64,000 nt of DNA from Lama guanicoe (GCA_013239625.1 MU053754.1:1655966-1719965); one strand, 5' to 3'. Shown: positions 1 through 12,540, counted from the first letter of the stretch. The notes: generated from the letters alone by a model not told the origin. Program-made: numbers and translations.

Positions 1-260
1 GTGGTTACTAGGGGAGAAAGAGGGTAGGAAGGGATAAATTAGGAGTTCAAGATTAGTAGATACTAACTACTATATATTAGATAGATAAACAGGGAAGTCC
101 TACTGTATAGGACAAGGAACTATATTCAATATCTTGTAATAACCTATAACGGAAAAGAATCTGAAAAAGAATATATGTATGTACATGTATAACTGGAGCT
201 CTGTGCTGTTCACCAGAAATTGACACAACATTGTAAACTGACTGCTGCAATTAAAAAAAA
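1..260 (+). mobile_element. LINE-1 3' UTR and A-tail (younger, lineage-type L1), cut by the window edge
   Basis: Typical L1 3' end (aggaactatattcaatatcttgtaataacc...gaaattgacacaacattgtaaactgact...aattaaaaaaaa); homologous to the minus-strand L1 at 25224-25880. Confidence 0.85.
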
Positions 261-390
261 CAACAAAACATGACCAAAATAGTTCAATGCAGGAATGCAA
301 AGATAATGAAATATTAGGAAACCTAGTTATATACTAACTGAATGAATAAGCGAATAAAAATAACTTTCATAGATGTTAAAAAAAAAAGAT

Positions 391-668
391 AAAATGAGGT
401 CACTAGGATGGGCCTTAATCCAATAGGACTGGCGTCCTTGTAAGAAGAGGAGATTAGAACAGAGACACACAGAGGGACGACCACGTGAGGACACAGGGAG
501 AAGACGGCCGTCTACTTGTGAAGAGAAGAGGCGCCAGGAGAAAACCAACCCTGCCAGCGTCTTGATGTGGGACTTCCAGCCTCCAGGACTGTGAGACAAT
601 AAATTTCTGTTGTTTTAGCGCCCCTACTCCGTGATACTTTGTTATGGCGGCCCTGGCAAGTTCATAAA
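391..668 (+). mobile_element. MaLR LTR, MLT1B-like, 5' truncated
   Basis: MLT1 motifs gaggtcactaggatgggccttaatccaat, gacttccagcctccaggactgtgagacaataaatttctgttg, tttgttatggcggccctggcaa. Confidence 0.85.
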
Positions 669-969
669 CCATATGAATGGAATCATGCATGTGGTTTCTC
701 GGTGTGGCCTGCCCTCACTTCCTGACTGGGTGACACCCCTCCCTCACCCTCTTCCTTTTTTCCCCTCTCTTGGGGTCTCATCAACTTTCTTCTTTGGAAG
801 AGCTCTGGTTCCTGGCCACTACTGTCAGCCAGTCTCAGTGGTCATTCATACTCTGGGGCAGCTGTAGAAAACACCTGAAATATTGTTGAGGCAGAACTAA
901 GATGATAATTTGATTTTTAAGATGTAAGGTTATATGTGACCTGAACCTAGTGGCTCAGAAATATGTTGC

Positions 970-1116
970 CATGTATAACTGAAGCATTATGCTGTTCACC
1001 AGAAATTGACACAACATTGTAAACTGACTGCTGCAATTAAAAAAAAAAACAATAAAACATGACCAAAATAGTTCAATGCAGGAATGCAAAGGTAATGAAA
1101 TATCAGGAAACCTAGT
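970..1116 (+). repeat. Local duplicate of 184-327 (L1 tail plus its unique 3' flank)
   Basis: Direct comparison shows near-identity from catgtataactg to ggaaacctagt in both copies. Confidence 0.9.
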
Positions 1117-1332
1117 GAAAGCATTTCCCTACCACTTTCATTTTTCAGCTTTGAAGATTATTTATTTCTAGTTCTCTTTATAAATGGCTTAGTGTTTTCA
1201 TCCCCAATATTTTAGATTATATTCAAGGCATAAACATTTTCATGCAATTTACTGTTGCAAATAAAAAAGATATTCTGCTTTGTAATCTATGTGTATGTAT
1301 CCGATAAATTCAAAGCAATTCTCCAATCCTGA

Positions 1333-2222
1333 TGTAGCAGTTGGAGTTCAACCAGAGAAACAGAACCAGTGGAAGACACATGCTAAGAGATCTGCTGCAA
1401 GGATTGGCTTATGCCACTGAAGGGGCGGGCGAGGCAAGCCTGAAATTTGTAGGGCATGCAATTAGGAAGGGCAGCCTAGAGTTTTCTTGGGAACGGACTG
1501 AGACTGCTGTCCCCAAAGGAATTTTCTTCTTTTACATAGAAACTTCAGCCCACCTCAGAAGGCCTTGTACCTGATCACATGAAGTGCACCCAGACTATCC
1601 AGGATAATCTCCCTTGTTTAAAGTCAAGTGATTATGGATCTTAATCACATATGTAAAATACCTCCACAGGAAGACCTCGATTAGTGTTACTGGTGGGTTA
1701 AATTGTGTCTCCTCCAAAAAAGATATGTTCAAATCCTAATCCCAGGTACCTGTGAAAGTGATCTTATCTGGAAATAGGGTCTTTGCAGATGGAATCAAGT
1801 TAAGACGAGGTCATACTGGATTAGGGTAGGTCCTAAATCCAATGACTGATGTTCTTATAAGAGAAAGAAGAAGGAGATTTGGATGCAGAACACAGACACA
1901 GGCTGTGTGAAGATGGAGGCAGACTGGAGTAACGCAGCTCCAAGCTAAAGGATCACTGAGGATCATCAGCTGCTGCCACCAATACCTGAAAGAGACAAGG
2001 AAGGATTTCTCCCAAGAGCCTTCCATGGGAACATGGTCCTCCCAATACCTTGAGTTTCGACTTCTGACCTCCAGAACTGTGAAAAAGAACAGCTGTATTG
2101 TTTTAAGCCACCCTGTGAATGGTACTTTGTTACAGCAGCCCCTAGGAAACAGGCACAGTGTCTGACTGAACAGCTGCCAACGGTGTGATGTGTGACATTG
2201 ACACATCAAAAGACCATGACAC
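1333..2222 (-). mobile_element. ERVL LTR, MLT2(D)-like, split by a nested MLT1C insertion
   Basis: ggagttcaaccagagaaacagaaccagt...cccagactatccaggataatctccc...ttagtgtt (1333-1688) resumes as gtgtctgactgaa...ttgacacatcaaaagaccatgaca (2158-2222). Confidence 0.7.
1689..2157 (+). mobile_element. MaLR solo LTR, MLT1C-like, near full length
   Basis: tgggttaaattgtgtctcc...ggaaatagggtctttgcagatg...gacttctgacctccagaactgtga...tttgttacagcagcccctaggaaac. Confidence 0.85.
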
Positions 2223-2824
2223 CTGCTTTCCTTTCTCATCCCTCTATCCTGACCCTCCTCTCCTCCGCCACCGAGCTCTTATCCTCATTGGTGGAAAAGG
2301 CAAGGGAAAACAAATGAACAAATAAGCATCAACAGTTTGGCTCTTAAAAGAGAGACTGATGGAGGGGGAGGGAGAGGGTCCACATCCCGACAGAACCCCA
2401 AGTGCACAGACGGGCCTGGGGTAATGGGAGGAGGAATCGTTTGCCAAAGAAACAGTGAGTACAGGCGGCGGGAGCCAACTGGGAGCACTTAGGGAACAGC
2501 AGGGGCTGGGGTGGTGCCGGTGGCCAGTAGGTGCCGGGAAATCTCCCGCCGCCGACTACTTTTCATTTCTCTTTACTTACACAAGAGCTGCGTGCATGTA
2601 TACATCCTCTGTCTGTATCACTGGAAAGTTTTATATAAAATTGTGTTCTTGGCTCCTCCTCGTAGGCCACTGCTATTCTCAAGTCCTTTCATTTTCAGTT
2701 TCTTCCAAATAGGATTGTGTCTGTGTGTACAAATAGAAGTGTACAAATAGAAGTGTTTTATGTTTAAAAATAGCTGTATCTCTGAAGGCAACTGAAATGG
2801 AGCATTCTAATTAGTTTAAGCAAA

Positions 2825-3197
2825 GTGTTTTAGTTTTAGAGTTGTTGTAGAGTTACCTAAAGTTAGGGCTGAGTCCCGACGACCCCTCACCCAGTTTTCC
2901 CCACATTAACGCCTTTGTCACAACAAATTGACCTTGGTCCAAAACTCTGAACTAGACTGCAGACCGTATTTGGATTTCCCCAGTTTTTCCACGAATGTCC
3001 TTTTCTGTCCCAGCACAGAATTTAGTCATTATGCCTCCTTAGGCACCTCCGAGCTGTGACAGGGTCTCTCTCCTTCCTTGTTTTTGAGGGCCTTGACAGT
3101 TTTGAGGAATGCTTGTTAGGTATTTTGTAGAATGTCCCTCAATTTGGGTTTATCTATTGTTTTTCTCATGATTAGACTGAGCGTATGGGTTTTGGAC
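2825..3197 (-). mobile_element. Old L1 3' end (L1MC4/5-like)
   Basis: gtattttgtagaatgtccctcaatttgggtttatct...ttctcatgattagactgag, typical of L1MC 3' UTR antisense. Confidence 0.7.
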
Positions 3198-4004
3198 ATG
3201 CTTAAATTTACATTTCTTTGTGACAATGTTTCAACAAACATGAGTATATCTTAAAGTCAGAATCATATATTTAAACTGGAAATCATGTATTCAGCAGCTA
3301 TAATCATTTGTATAGAATCGTTTATTTCATAGTTGTAACGTCTATCTGTGTCCTCTTTATATAAAAATACTGAAAGCTAGGGGACATGCAGCCCCTATTT
3401 TGTAGCCTTAACTCATAGGTGAAACCTTTTCATTTTCAAGTTCTACCATTCTGGGAAGAACTTTAATATTTAAAAATTTAAACCACTTTGGAATTATCCA
3501 GTCATTTGAAAAGTTATTTTAGTCAGCCAAGGGGATCTGTGCAAAGGAAAACTACCCCTTTTGGAGCATATTTCTTGTTTTCCCATTTCAGAAATCATCC
3601 CTTACTTCAGTGCTCCTAGCCATTGCTCAGACCTCTCCTTGGAAACCCTCTGTCTGCTGAAGTCAGCCCCACACCTGAGGATTAGATGGCAGTGTGTTGC
3701 TCCAGGCTTCTGTGGGTGGGGAGAGTTTTGTCCAAAACAGTTATTTCTAGAAATGTGACCGATTCTTACTAGTACCTGAAAAATACATTAAAATGTTCTT
3801 TCCCTTCCTCCCTCGCTCAGGGACCTTTTAAGAGTTGTATATGACATATATCTGATCCTAGTAAGTGGCTTTGATCTAGTGAAAATAACAGAGTTCCTCA
3901 CACAGGTACCGGAGATAAGCCCTGTGTTCGAATTCCTTTGAGTTTTATGATGCTTTCCTCAAATCTGCTGGGTTTTCTTTTCTTTCCTTATTTTTTGGGG
4001 GAAG

Positions 4005-4527
4005 TCAAGTTTACTGAGGTGTAATTTACATACAGTAAACTCCACCCTTTTAAAATACAGTCCTATGAGTTCTGACCAACATTTACAGTTGTGTAACCAG
4101 CACCCAAATCAAGATACAAAACAGCTGGATCTCTCCCAAAAATGTCCCCATGGGCCTCTGTTGTCCACTCTTTCTTGACGCCCAGTCTTGGCATCCAACA
4201 ATCTGTTTTTGCTCCCAGTGGTGTTGCATCTTCTAGAACACCGTATAGCTGGAATCACAGAGAATGTTGCCCTTGGAGTCTGGCTTCTTTCACTTACCTG
4301 TTTACAACTAAGATTCATCCACGTCATGGCACAGGGCAAAGCTGGTCCTTTCCAGGGTTCCCTAGTGCTCCACCGCGTGGATATACCGCAGTGAGTTTAT
4401 CCCTTCATCTGGGTTGTTTCCAGGTTTTGGTGACTCTAAGCCAAGCTACGCCTGTACAGATTTTCGAGTGACCCTACCTTTTCATTTCTCCTAGGTGGCT
4501 AAATAGGAGGCGTGGGCTGGGGTCACA
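4005..4527 (-). mobile_element. Old L1 3' end (L1ME/L1MB-like)
   Basis: tttactgaggtgtaatttacatacagtaaactccaccctttt...tctggcttctttcactta...ttgtttccaggttttgg. Confidence 0.7.
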
Positions 4528-5110
4528 GATATCTGATCATAGCAGGTGACTGTTCATTTTGTAAAAACAACATCAAAAAGGCCTTATGACAAAGGCCCCA
4601 GAGAAAAATGCAAACGTTCCATCCACCTCCACGTAGTTCCACCTGTGCTTTTCTTGAACCTACTGGATTTTCTTTGTCAGTGTGGTGTCAAGCTTGACTA
4701 TGTGGGAGATGATTTTTGTGCTGCAACTATTTATAAAATCATCCTCTCTCTGGGCTTGTTCTCTACAGAGAGTTTTAAACACTAAATGCAGAAGTGGAAA
4801 CAAAGGGAGGGAAAAAAAACCCCACATAATGTCTTATAATGAAATATGGTTACCAGAAGAGAGGGAGGAGGAACGGCCTTTTGAAAATTATAATCTCCTG
4901 TTATTTTGTAACTGTGACAGCCAGGTATTGTTTGGGGAAAATCAGAACTCTTGCCCATCACGTGTACTTCGAGTTAAACCCAGGCAGTGTTTTCTGTCAG
5001 TGTTCTGGGTGTTGCTGGGTAGGTGGGCTCTGAAATTATTCACTGATTGAAAGGCAATTCGGTTTGTGTTAGAAAGTCCATAAGTTTTGGAATCTGAGGG
5101 GCTGGACTAC

Positions 5111-5570
5111 TGTGGAAAGCAGAATCTGGTTCCCTAAAGATATCTACCCTTGAGTGCCCTGCACCCGGTGGCAATGCCACCTTCCATGGCAAAGGGACTT
5201 TGCAGATGTGACTAGATTTAGAACCTTGCAATGGAAAGTTTATATTAGATTATACAGTCTGGCCTAATCTAGTCACCAGGATCTTTGAAACTGGAAGAGG
5301 CAGACAAAGAACAGGCTGGGGATATAATGTAACTTGAGAAGGACAAGACCAGAAGGCGGTCACGTGCCAGCGCTTTTGGGCTCTAGACACTGGACAAGGC
5401 AAGGAAACAGACTCTGGAGCCTCTGAAGGAACTAGTCCTGCCAACACCTCAGTATTAGCCCACTGAGACCCCCTTAGTGGGGGGGCCTCCAGAATGGTCA
5501 GGTAATAAGTTGGCTTTAAGTCACTAAGTGTGTGATTAATTTGTTACAGCAGCAAGAGGAAACTGAGGCA
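5111..5570 (+). mobile_element. MaLR LTR, MLT1D-like
   Basis: tgtggaaagcagaat...catggcaaagggactttgcagatgtga...aatttgttacagcagcaagaggaaactga. Confidence 0.8.
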
Positions 5571-6095
5571 GCAGCCACTGTCCTCTGAGAGACTCAACTT
5601 GCCTCCCCTGTCAAATTAAAATTATCATAATTCTATCTCCCCAGCCACATCATAAATGCTGTGACAAATGGGTGAGGTTGTCTCTGAAAATGTTTAGGAA
5701 ACTATAAGCAAACTTGGTCAGACAGGGCAACATCTAATTCCTATCACCTTGGTTCTCCCTTTGCTCCCCGGCATCTGCTCCTTTCAAGGTACATTTGATT
5801 TCATGAGGCCCTGGCGTGGCCTCTGCCCTCTCTGAGTGGGTGGCTCTCCCCAGGCACTCCTGCTGTTCTGGAATCCATCCTCATCCACAAACAGGATGGC
5901 CTTGGCTCCTAAAGACACTCTGGGCTGCTTTTCCACCATTTTCCTCCCCCTCTTTCCTCAAACATGAAAAAAAAAAGTGTTCCTTAATTTAGCTTTCTCT
6001 GAAAAATTTTTGAAAACACATTGTAATAAAGAGAAAATTTCCTAGGAAGAGGTTAAGTTATGTGAGGAGCCTTGCGTCCTTCAGTACCCTAGAAA

Positions 6096-6392
6096 CAAGG
6101 GTCAGCATATGTTCTGTGACAGGCCAGATGGTAAATGTGTATTTGCTCTTGGTGGGCCACTTCCCTCTGCCGCCACAGTGCTGCAAGCACGGAGGGAATG
6201 GGGCTGCAAAGCGATGGGCTTGTTTGTGTTGCAATAAAACTTTATTTATGAATGCTGAAATTCATATTTTACATAATTTCCATGTCACAAAGTACCACTA
6301 TTCTTTTGATCCCCACTCCTGTCTTTTGAAAGTGTGTCCTCAGCTTGTGGGCTGTGCAAAAACAGTTATGAGAGCTGTCCTCTGCTGACCCC
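6096..6392. mobile_element. hAT-Charlie DNA transposon, MER58B-like
   Basis: Terminal caagggtcagc.../...gctgacccc inverted ends; internal ggccagatggtaaat and caataaaactttatttatgaa motifs. Confidence 0.7.
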
Positions 6393-6564
6393 CATCCATG
6401 CACAGACGCTCCATCAAGGCGGGGAATTTTGCTTGTCTCCTTAATTGCTCCTTCCTAGAACCTGTCTGTATATAACATTTTGATATTTTGTTCATCGTGG
6501 AGGCATTTTTGGGCATCAATTTAGAGGGGTTTTTTTCATTAAAAAAATTTAAAGTGGCAGTTTC

Positions 6565-6693
6565 TTTTATTTGTTTGTTTGTTTATAGGGGGTTAGGCTT
6601 ATTTATTTATGTTTAATGAAAATACTGGGGATTGAACCCAGGACCTCGTGAATGCTAAGCATGTGCTCTACCACTGAGCTGTATCCTCCCCCC
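6565..6693 (-). mobile_element. tRNA-Ala-derived SINE (camelid Vic-1-like)
   Basis: Reverse strand reads ggggaggatacagctcagtggtagagcacatgcttagcattcacgaggtcctgggttcaatccccag followed by an A-rich taaa tail; four related copies in the window. Confidence 0.9.
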
Positions 6694-6889
6694 AAGAGTT
6701 TTAAAGTATGGTGTTTTAATATTAGTTATCTTGATGAGTAAGTTTTTGGCAGCCGTTACAGTCACCCCGCCCAGGGGTCCCAACTCATGAGCCATGGGAG
6801 GGGTCCGCGGTGGCGGCAAGAGCGAGTCTGGGTGGGCAGAAGGGCAGTAGAGAAGCATGAACTCCAGCTGGCACTTCATCCCTAGGCAG

Positions 6890-7340
6890 GAGGGTCCCAG
6901 GGATGACTTCAGGGTGTCTGTGAACTTGCATGGGGAGAAAATTCATAGCTGACCCAAACTAAGCATTTATGACAACTCCAGCTATAGAGGACAGTAGCAT
7001 GAACAGTATCTGTGATTTGTTACCAATTTGTCACCAATAGAAGGCCAATGTAGTCTCAAAGCAGGATATGGTTGAAGCCAACTTGTTTACACCCATCACT
7101 CCTTTGAAATGACAGAAGGTATTAGAACCACCTCTGGAGCTTACCATTGGAAATATTGAAGAAGAAGCACATGTATTATGACATGAGAATTTTTTAAAAT
7201 TTGTCAACTATATTTTAACAGAATCAACTTTCTTTGCAGCCTCATATATATTATTTTATGTATTTGTGCATCATTTTATGCATTTGGAATCAATAATTAC
7301 TAAATTGCCCAAGAAGGTCTAGGGCATGGAAATGGTTACA
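6890..7340. mobile_element. Old hAT DNA transposon fragment (Charlie4-like)
   Basis: cttcagggtgtctgtgaacttgcatggggagaaaatt...cagtatctgtgattt...ttgtcaccaataga...tattttatgtattt resembles Charlie4a by eye. Confidence 0.5.
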
Positions 7341-7551
7341 TCCTTCCTCAGTTCTTTAAGCTTTTGGGTCCAGTCTTGTTCCCTGAACATTGGAGATAAA
7401 AAACCCTGCCCTCCAGAATTCCTGGGAGGATTGAATTCAATACTGTGCATGAACACCCTCATGCCAAATGCAAGGTGTTTTCACTATTCAAAGAATGTGA
7501 ACTGAATGTGACATTTCAAATGGAAAAAAAAAAAAGAACAAAAAACTTACA

Positions 7552-7926
7552 TGCTTTAGTCCGCTCTGGCTGCCACAACAAAGCACCGCAGGCTTGATAG
7601 TTTAAACAACAGAAATTTATTTTCTCATAGTCCTGGAGGCTGGAAGTTGGAGGTCAAAGTGTTGGCAGGGCTGGTTTCTCTCCAGTCCCCTCTCCTTGGC
7701 TTGTGGACAGCCATCTCCTTGAGTCTTCCCTCTGTGCATGCCTGTGTCCTAATCTCTTCTTCTTATAAGGACACCAGTCAGATTGGGTCACCTGATGACT
7801 GCATTTAATTTATCTGTTACTTTAAATTTATCTGTCTCTCCAAGTAACAGTCACCTGCTGAGGTACTGGGGGTCAGGACTTCAACATATGAATTCAGGGG
7901 GCCGGGTACACATTTCATCCCATACA
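7552..7926 (-). mobile_element. MaLR solo LTR, MLT1B-like
   Basis: aaacaacagaaatttattttctcatagtcctggaggctggaag...tcttataaggacaccagtcagattgg...ggacttcaacatatgaatt. Confidence 0.85.
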
Positions 7927-8474
7927 CCATCCTTTAAAAAAAAGATTGGGTGCCTACCCAGGCCCAAGGGAGCAGAAGGGGCCATTACCCACTTCCCCTC
8001 ACATCTATGGCAGGTGTTGGACCTTCCTGGCCTCCTGCCCCGTTTACTTCTCTAAGTATGTCCATGTGCTACCACCTTGCACAACCAGCTCCCTTTGTGG
8101 TTTCGGTTCCAGTCTCCCTAAGGAAATGAGAAGCAAGCCCTGAGAACAAAGCATGGCCAGAGGTTTGTAAGTGAAGTTGGCAAACACACCCCTCCTCTTT
8201 GTTTCATGAGGGAAGCTCACAGTGGTGGCTTCCTCAAAGCTGAGACATGCTCTCCGCACATCACGAGAGGTCACTGTGGCATCTGGCACGTCAATCCTGG
8301 GATTTCAGGCCTCTCTGAGTAGGCTGGTCATGCAAGCAAATATCGGCCTTTGTGTAGGAACCTTTGAGAATCAGCTGGGCCTGGGTGAAATTAGATATTG
8401 GATTCAATGAAAACTGGGCAATAATTCTCATGAGACGTTTAATGCCTTTTCCTACTGTCTTTAAAAAGCAAATA

Positions 8475-9930
8475 GATTATTTTTTAAAGAACAGTTTTAG
8501 ACGTACAGAACAATTCAGCACATAGCACAGGGAGTTCCCATTTGTGCTCCTGGCACCCAGTTTTCAGTGTTAACATCTTTCCTTTAAGGGTGGTACATTT
8601 GTTACAATGCTTGAATCAATATTGATAAAATTCACAGTTTACATTGGGGTTCACTCTTGGTGTTGTACAATACAGTTCTGCCTGTTTGGACAAATGCAAA
8701 ATGTCATGTATCCACCATTACATCTCATACAGAAGAATTTCACTCCCCTGAAGACCCCTCGTGCTCCTCCATTCATCCGTCTCCCATCCCCAGAACCCCT
8801 GCAACCACGATCTGTTCAGTTTTGCCTTTTCTAGAATGTCATAGAGTTGGCCTCATACTGTATGTACCCTTTTCAGATGGGCTTCTGTCACTTAGGGATA
8901 TGCATTTAAGGTTCCTCCATGTCTTTTCAGGGCTTGAGAGTTCATTTCTTTTTGTTGCTGAATAATACTCTGTTGTATGGATGGGCCATAGTTTACTTAT
9001 CCTTCCACCTACCGAAGAACATCTCGGTTGCCTTCAGTGTGTGGTGATTATGAGTAAAGCTCTAAACATTCCTGTATAGGTTTCTGTATAGACATAGGTC
9101 TTCAGCTTAATTAAGTAAACTACCTAGGAGCATAGTTGCTAGATTGTATGGTAAGACTATGTTTAGGTTTGTAAGAAATTGCCAAATTGTCTTCCAAAGT
9201 GGTCTTAACCTTTTGCAGTCCCACCAGCAGTGTGTGAAGAGAATTCCTGTTGCTTTGTGTCCTGTTAGCATGTGATATTCTTCTTCTTCTTCTTTTTTTT
9301 TTGATCATTTTAATAAATGTATAGTGGCATTTTGTCTTAATGTGCAATTTCTTGGTGATATAGACAGTCAGCATCTTTTCATATACTTATTTGCCATTTT
9401 CTATCTCTGGTGAGATTTTCTTTTTCCAGATCCATTTTTGTTTCAGATTGTTTTCTTGTTACTGAGTTTTGAGAGTTCTTTGCATATTTTGGATACATCC
9501 CTTCATCAAATATGGATTTTGCGAATATTATCTCCCAGTCTGTAGCTTGTCTTTTTGCTCCCTTAATAGTATCTTTTGCAGAGCAGAGTTTTAAATTTTG
9601 ATGAAGTCCAAAGCATGAATTTTTTTTTTTCACGGATCATGTTTTGGGTGTTGTATAGAAAAACTGATTGCAGAAACCCAATGTCATCTAGATTTGCTCC
9701 TCCGTTATCTTCTAGGAGTTTTATGTTTTGTCTTTTGCATTTGGGCCTATGATCAATTTTAAGTTACCTTCTGTGAAAAGTGTAAGGTCTGGGCTAGATT
9801 AATTTTTTTGTTTGTTTTGTAGATGGATGTCCAGTTGTTCCAACACCACTGGTTACAAAGGATATTCTTTCTCTGTTGAAATACCTTTACTTTCTTGTCA
9901 AATATTAATTGCATATATTTGTGTGGGTTC
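8475..9930 (-). mobile_element. Old L1 (L1MC-like): 3' UTR plus decayed ORF2 C-terminal region
   Basis: Minus-strand ORF 9379-9633 contains LCSAKDTIKGAKRQATDWEIIFAKSIFDEG, resembling L1 ORF2p; frameshifted and stop-ridden; L1MC-type 3' UTR at ~8480-9000. Confidence 0.85.
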
Positions 9931-10599
9931 CTGCTGCCTTTTAATTAAAAACTAGGCTACTCTTTAGGGGGAATACTGATAGCATTTGTTGTAATCAGAT
10001 TCCTGAATTCCAGCTTTCTCCAGTCAGCAGCCAAAAATAATTGTTTAGAATAGAGATGTTGTGCAGTGAGGCACCTGTGGAAATCCTTGCTGCCCATGGC
10101 CTCCATGTTAGCCTTTATACTTTCGTCTGAATGCACTGGCTCCTTTCCTGTTCTACTTTAATGGGATTTCTCCCCTCCTTTTCTCCCACCATTTGAAAAA
10201 TCTGCAAAACAGATTAAATAAAATAGTCTAATTTACCACTTACCTACCACCAATCTAGCATTCAGAAAGAGGAATTTCAGTGTTCTTATAATAAAGTAGG
10301 GGCTTTCTTTTCCTGTTTGAGGTCTTACAAAGTCCCTGGGGGCTCCTAGGAGTCTCTGTTAAAAGCGTCTGACTCCTTACTTGCAAGAAGACCGTTCGGA
10401 TTATGGGGACAAGATCAAACAGGCAAGATGGATTCTGAGCTCCCTTGCATTCATTGTTAGTTATGGAAGACCAGCTGTAAAAACTGGTCATACTGGGTCG
10501 TAGTTTGGAGTGAGGATTTCCACCACTTTCCCATACTTTAAGTGATTGGCATCTGCCAAGAAATCAAAACATACAAAGAGGCCTTTTCATCCCGTTCAG

Positions 10600-11000
10600 T
10601 TCGGAATTTCCAAGCAGCTAACGACAAGCAGGGCTGGCAAGCCAGAGAGGCTGTTTGGTTGCGCGGCTACTCGAGAGTGTGCGGTAGCCGAGGGCCGCGT
10701 CCCCGTAAAGCCGAGAGCTGTAATGATGTCAACTTGTTATTTACTTTCCAAATCTGAATGACTGAGCAAGGCGAAAGGAGAATCAATCAACCACAATGTG
10801 ACCCTACAGGCGGAAAAAACGCAGCGCTCCCACCACCAGGCGGTGGGGGAAGGGAAGCACGTGTAACCAGGGCAGGGTTGCATCAGGAAGGAGCTCGCTC
10901 TGGTTTTCTGTTGCACCCTTGGTTTTTCGATTGCATGTAATACCTCAACATCAGTCCTCCCAAGCCCAGGGAGCCCGGGAGCAACGACGGGTAGGCTCAA
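10600..11000. promoter_or_regulatory. Small CpG-rich element ~2 kb upstream of the main promoter (candidate alternative promoter or enhancer)
   Basis: Dense CpGs in non-repeat DNA (gcgcggctactcgagagtgtgcggtagccgagggccgcgtccccg), E-box CACGTG at 10858-10863, CTCF-like ccaccaggcggtg at 10833-10845. Confidence 0.5.
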
Positions 11001-12540
11001 GGGAAGGCCCCACCACGTCCTTTTGGGGGGCCTTGAATGGCAACTGATACAAAATAAGACACAATCTATTCTGCTGATTCACAATTATGGAGACTGTGTA
11101 AGTGTGTATTTTTTATTGATGTGCTCTAATAATGGTGCAGCAACAGTCGTTTTACCTCACTGACGTTTTACAGCAATATTTGGCAGGGTAATTTTTAGTC
11201 TGCCTTTTTGATGGAGGACCAGCCCTTTAAAAACTCACCTTGGGGCCCCCTCCCCCTATAACCAGTACGACAAATGGTCCAGTGTCCCAGAAAGGAGCAA
11301 GTGAGGTTACAGTGTAAAATGCTGAGTGTACTGGGCTGTTAGGGCGAAGCTCATTGTACACCAAAGGGAAGGGCAAACTTATTTTAAAATATTCAACAAA
11401 GCAGACACCAAAGGTGCTGGGGGCGAGGCGGGGTGGGTGCGGATATTTGTTTAAGGGAATTAAGGCCGTGAGTGGTGGGCAGTTGTCACCACACTGGGAG
11501 GGGAGGAAGAGCTGGGGATTTGGGTTCGCCAGGTCTGGGCCGAGTGAGCCATTGCAACATAAAACACTGCAAGAGCCCAAGGTCTGAAGCCTGCGGGTGG
11601 GGGTAGGGGTAGGGGTGGGGTGAGAAGGCCCTAGGGCCCAAGACTCCCCCACCTCCAACTCCACTTCCAGGCTCACACCCCAGCTCCTGGCCTCCACCCC
11701 AGTCTGTCTCCCCAAGCATTTTTGGCACTTCTCCGGAGGGATTTTGCAAAGGTCAAGGTTCCACCTGAGCCTCCACTTTTTGGGAAGGGGAAGAGACCAC
11801 TGGGGTATCCTCTCTGCCGCCGATTTTGAGGGAGATGAACTCTGGAGCAGGCTGCAGGGGGTTCTGTTAGGGCACTGGGCGGCTTCTTTGAGGTGGGGGA
11901 GGGTAACACAGCAGTGGCCCGGTTTCCTTCCCCCTTAGAAACCGCAGGGGTGGTGGTCCGGGTTCTTGTTCCCTCCTGGCAGTAAGAGAAAGGCTGGGTT
12001 TGGGACTGGGGCTGGGGTGAGCTTGCGTTTCCTTCTGCCCCCGTGGAGGCCACGGGGAAGGGACAGGGTGCGGAGCTAGTAAGGAGAGGCCCGGGTTCTC
12101 CTCACCCATTCCCCCTCCGTGGTGGGGAGGGGAGAACTGGGGTGAGGGACAGTGTAGCATCGCAGGTCCCCCATTGTGGGGTAGGGAAAGACTGGGACAC
12201 GGGTCTTCCCTAGATGCCGTGGGGGAGGGTCTGTGTTGGGGCGCGGACTCTCACCCCCTTCGCCGTGGGGGAAGGGCAGGCCTGGTGTCCTTACCCTCTT
12301 TGGAGGAGGGGCTGGCTTGGGACGCGGCCCCCCAGGGCGTGGGGGAGGGACGGGGAGACGCGGGCTCCCCTCCCCCGATCGTGGGGGAGGGTGCCGGCTG
12401 GGGGCCGTGGGGGAAGGGCGGGCCTGGGCGGCGAAGGCGGCCCCCCTGGCAGTCCTCCCGGCCGGGGTCGGCGCGCTGGCGGCCGCTCCCCCCGGAGGTC
12501 ACTGCCCGTGCCGGTCCCTCCCGCCGTCCCGCCCCCGCCC

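Noticed and set aside
6620..6693. tRNA-Ala-like sequences here and at 39977, 45534, 47702 and 63590 as real tRNA genes
   Set aside because: All carry the same A-rich SINE tail, most have target-site duplications, and stems are mismatched; they are SINE heads.
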